Assembly (NCBI GenBank): GCA_036802685.1 | Contig: DAIRVS010000004.1 | Span: 2,651 to 66,650 of the forward strand | Direction: 5' to 3' | DNA length: 64,000 bases | Origin: Myxococcota bacterium | Lineage (GTDB): Bacteria; Myxococcota_A; Polyangia; HGW-17 | Shown: positions 61,105 to 64,000 of the stretch, in pieces | How positions within the stretch are numbered: the stretch's first letter is position 1 | Layout of the letters: the number at the start of each line of letters is the position of its first letter | Position numbers and translations under genes: made by a program | Notes under the pieces: generated by a model | What the model was told of the DNA's origin: nothing | What the model saw: only the letters and a program-made list of their open reading frames with translations | The model's database searches: none

Positions 61105-62873
61105 GGGAGCACCGTCCTCAGGGTCAACTGCCCCAGCCTATCCTTTTTTCGAAGACAACAATAGTGCGTTCTTGGGGTGCCCCTTCCCGGGGAGGAGAGG
61201 GGCAGCACCAGACAGAACGTCACGTAGCCCGGGAAGGAGCGCTCCAACATCGCGCGGGTCCGCTCGGTGGGCGGTCCCCGCCCGATCCAGGCCACGTTGG
61301 GGTTGCACAGGATGTCCGCGTCCAGGGCGCGGACATGGGACCAGGAGGCCTGCTTGAGGTGGCCCGGTTTGGAGAAGGATCCCGTCTTCACCTTCATCCG
61401 GGCGACCGTCGGGTCGGTCAGGCCGAAGGTGTCCACCACGCGTCCGACGCGGCTCTCGAAGGCGAGGGCGCCAGCGCCCCCGACGACCATGACGACGCGG
61501 CGGCGCACGGCCTCGGGGATGAGCCGTCGCAGGGCTCGCCCCACCTGCTCCCGGTCCCGGGCGAAGTGCACCATGCCCGCTACGCTCTCCATCATGAATT
61601 GGGTGCGTTCGGAGGCCAGGGAGGCGCGGGAGAAGCGCCAGGAGGCGAGGCCGACGGTCGAGACGAACCCGGCGCACGCGAGGGTGGCCAGGGGCCAGGC
61701 GATCCGGGGCCGGCCGGTCTTCTCCGCGAGCCAGAGCGACCAGGCGGCGATCCCCGCGGCGAGGCACGTCAGGAAGAGGGGCCAGGCCGGCGCGAAGAAC
61801 CGGAACTGGGCCATGAAATCCCCCCCCGAGCGCACGATGTGGATACCCAGCAGCAGGAACAGGCCCGCCGCCAGGACGAAGAGCCGGCGTGCGCCCGGGA
61901 GGCGCTCCCCGGTGCCGGGCAGGGCGATCCCCGCAAAGAGCGGGAGGGTCCAGTACAGGTGATAGGTGGTGAAGAAGGCGTGGGCGTAGGCGCGCCCGTG
62001 GCGGAACAGGAAGCCGGGGTCGATCCCGGAGACCTTCGTGTGGTACGTCATGGGCAGCCACTGGCCGTAGATCAGGCGTCGCCAGAGGAAATGGGCGCCC
62101 ACGATCCCGGAAAAGAGCAGCAGACCGGTCGCCGGGCGGGTCAGGGCCCGCAGGGAGAACCGTCCGGTCACGTTCGATCGTTCGTCCATCCAGGCGGCCA
62201 GCAAATGCCAGCCGAGCGCGGCCGCGCCGAGGAACACGCCCTCGGGGCGGGTGAGCGCGCAGGCGGCCCAAAGCAAGCCGGCCTTCCAGGATCGTCCCGC
62301 CGCGTGCGGTCGCCCGGCGGCCGTCGGGCGGCCTGCTTGCCAGGTGGCCAGGGTGGCCGCGGTCAGGAGTGCGGCGAAGAGCATGGTCTCCATGCCGGTG
62401 GAGACCCAGAAGGCGAACGGACCGAAGGTGACGGATGACAGCAGGACGCCGGAGACGAGGGTCAGGTGCAGGCCGCGCGCCGGCTCCGGGGCGAGCCGCC
62501 GGACGAGGCCGGCCAGGGAGACGAGGGTCCAGCCCGCGGCGAGGGCGGAGAGGACCCAGGCGGTGGCCGGCAGGGGGAAGGAGAGCCGGTGGGCGCCGGC
62601 CAGCAGGACCACCCAGAGGAAGTTCGAGTACCCCTCCACCGCTTCGCCCGGGTTGTACTCGGGGACGCCGTGGCGGGCCAGGTTGACGGCGTACCGGAAG
62701 GAGATGTAGGCGTCGTCGCAGGTGAACCAGGTCAGGAAGGTGGTGTGGACCAGCAGCAGGGCGGCCGCGGCCGCCAGGAGGAGCCAAACCGGGAGGACCG
62801 CGTCGGTCCCGTCCGGGTGCGGGAGCCGTCCTCTCCAGATGGTGATGAACTCCCGGAGGTCTCTCAAGGTCAC
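61101..62873 (-). CDS. polytopic membrane protein, GT-C-fold glycosyltransferase-like (ArnT/PMT-like N-terminal loop)
   Basis: More than 10 TM segments; conserved acidic first periplasmic loop (FTCDDAYISFRY); ATGA-type overlap with the neighbouring genes. Confidence 0.45.
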   Translation of the reverse strand: MTLRDLREFITIWRGRLPHPDGTDAVLPVWLLLAAAAALLLVHTTFLTWFTCDDAYISFRYAVNLARHGVPEYNPGEAVEGYSNFLWVVLLAGAHRLSFPLPATAWVLSALAAGWTLVSLAGLVRRLAPEPARGLHLTLVSGVLLSSVTFGPFAFWVSTGMETMLFAALLTAATLATWQAGRPTAAGRPHAAGRSWKAGLLWAACALTRPEGVFLGAAALGWHLLAAWMDERSNVTGRFSLRALTRPATGLLLFSGIVGAHFLWRRLIYGQWLPMTYHTKVSGIDPGFLFRHGRAYAHAFFTTYHLYWTLPLFAGIALPGTGERLPGARRLFVLAAGLFLLLGIHIVRSGGDFMAQFRFFAPAWPLFLTCLAAGIAAWSLWLAEKTGRPRIAWPLATLACAGFVSTVGLASWRFSRASLASERTQFMMESVAGMVHFARDREQVGRALRRLIPEAVRRRVVMVVGGAGALAFESRVGRVVDTFGLTDPTVARMKVKTGSFSKPGHLKQASWSHVRALDADILCNPNVAWIGRGPPTERTRAMLERSFPGYVTFCLVLPLSSPGRGTPRTHYCCLRKKDRLGQLTLRTVLP

Positions 62874-63775
62874 TTGTTGTGGGAGCAGACCCGGTTGCGG
62901 CCGGAGTGTTTGGCTTCGTAGAGGGCGCGATCGGCGGCCTCCACCAGCTCCTGGGGAGAGCCGATCAGGGGATCGGGGAGGCTGGCGATCCCGATGCTGA
63001 CGGTCACGGTGAGGTGCTGTCCCTCGTACAGGAACGGCCGGTTGGCGATGTTCATGCGCAGCCGGTCGGCCAAAATGAGGGCGTTCTCATGTGGTATGCC
63101 GCGGGTGATGAGGGCGAACTCCTCGCCGCCGTAACGGGCGAACACGTCCTCGGAGCGGATCGAACCCGTCACGCGGCGCGCCATTTCCACGAGCACGGCG
63201 TCCCCGCACAGGTGCCCGTAGGTGTCGTTGAAGCGCTTGAAGTGGTCCAGGTCGAACATGAAGAGCGTGACAGGAAAATGGTGCCGCAGTGCGTAGGCGA
63301 ACTCGGCTTCGAGCCGCTCGACGAAGTACCTCTTGTTGTAGGTCTTGGTCAGGCCGTCGCGGAGGGCGGACTCGAACATCTGGCGCTGGAAGTTTTCCTC
63401 GACGTTGTCGTGGTAGGTGAACTTGAGGATCGAGGTGGAGCCGACCTGGATCTTGTCGCCGTCGCGCAACAGGCGCCGAGTGACGCGCTCACTGTTGATG
63501 TAGGTGCCGTTGGTGCTGTTGAGGTCCTCGAGCATCACCTCGCCGCCGGGCAGCGCGATGAGCCGGCAGTGGGAGCGGCTGATCCCGTCGTCGATGAGCA
63601 CAATCTGATTGAGGTGGCCTCGGCCGATGACCATCTCCTCGTTGTCGATGCGGAACATCTGGCCGACGTTGCTGCCGGCGATGATGATCAGGCAGGCGTA
63701 GTTCTTCTTCTGAGGACTCTGCAGGTTTGTGATGTTGACGATCTTGGTGCTTTCGGAAATGTCTTCTCCGGACAC
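62870..63775 (-). CDS. FHA-domain-containing diguanylate cyclase (GGDEF; active site GGEEF present), GTG start
   Basis: FHA motifs (GR...SR.H...N.STNGT); GGDEF domain with RYGGEEF and inhibitory-site-like RxxD; AGGAGG SD. Confidence 0.8.
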   Translation of the reverse strand: MSGEDISESTKIVNITNLQSPQKKNYACLIIIAGSNVGQMFRIDNEEMVIGRGHLNQIVLIDDGISRSHCRLIALPGGEVMLEDLNSTNGTYINSERVTRRLLRDGDKIQVGSTSILKFTYHDNVEENFQRQMFESALRDGLTKTYNKRYFVERLEAEFAYALRHHFPVTLFMFDLDHFKRFNDTYGHLCGDAVLVEMARRVTGSIRSEDVFARYGGEEFALITRGIPHENALILADRLRMNIANRPFLYEGQHLTVTVSIGIASLPDPLIGSPQELVEAADRALYEAKHSGRNRVCSHNK

Positions 63776-63827
63776 GAGGTCCTCCTGCGGTGGACGGAAA
63801 GGGGCTTAAACGCTTTCCGGTGGGCGA

Positions 63828-63855
63828 ATCCTATTCCATTTTATTAGCATGTGCA
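63828..63855 (-). promoter_or_regulatory. possible sigma70-like promoter for the FHA-GGDEF operon: -35 TTGCAC, ~16-nt spacer, -10 TAGGAT
   Basis: Minus-strand TTGCACatgctaataaaatggaaTAGGAT about 50 nt upstream of the GTG start; GGAAAG/CTTTCC hairpin in the leader. Confidence 0.3.
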
Positions 63856-64000
63856 AGCCCCGAACCGGCGGATCTCATCATTCGGCGTCCGCGGCCGATC
63901 CGGTTGAAGAGATCACCACGTCCGAGGGGTTTTTTAGCACGAGGTGGAGGATCTCCTGCGTCGCACGTTGGACCTCCAGGGCACCCGGAAATACAAATTA

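Overview
This is a high-GC (roughly 68-70%) chromosomal window with a Myxococcota-like character: many lipoproteins and TPR proteins, Myxococcus-type Cys-rich repeat lipoproteins, and Ser/Thr-kinase plus FHA-GGDEF signalling. I call about 59 protein genes and one tRNA-Leu(GAG); gene calls rest on reading the six-frame ORF track, and no similarity search was run. Recognisable housekeeping genes are speA, uvrC, cutA, an alanine/Na+ symporter, tkt, ppiB, rnhA, a class-V aminotransferase, nadE, ilvE, proS and trxB. Many adjacent genes are translationally coupled through overlapping ATGA or TGATG start/stop junctions. The rest of the window is dominated by secreted or lipoprotein genes of unknown function. 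These include two metallophosphoesterases, an S55/SpoIVB-like peptidase, beta-propeller proteins, a LolA-like carrier, an FMN-binding lipoprotein, a CRTAC1/FG-GAP lipoprotein and an HExxH metalloprotease lipoprotein. The most unusual feature is a six-gene minus-strand operon at 25065-29406. It encodes a PilZ protein, a TerB-like protein, a hypothetical protein, a TPR-plus-transmembrane protein whose C-terminus carries near-identical tandem 19-aa repeats (PMDDEVYSKHRYSAGVRPP), and two translationally coupled radical-SAM/SPASM enzymes. I read this as a candidate undescribed peptide or protein-modification (RiPP-like) system, possibly under c-di-GMP control. Other points worth a second look are a thiol-redox operon under an ArsR-type regulator, whose promoter/operator region carries a CGATTTCG-centred imperfect palindrome (it contains a standalone GroES-like gene and an atypical CX6C thioredoxin). 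There are also short AT-rich rare-codon islands inside otherwise GC-rich genes (among them Asn-rich NNxNN tracts in three secreted proteins), a palindromic TTAATTAATTAA all-frame stop directly in front of uvrC, a 15-nt AT-rich motif (TGTACAAGGTTTTTT) repeated in two intergenic regions, a TGACAC triple half-site palindrome after rnhA, and hexamer and nonamer tandem repeats flanking one gene pair. No CRISPR array, insertion sequence, integrase or prophage signal was seen.
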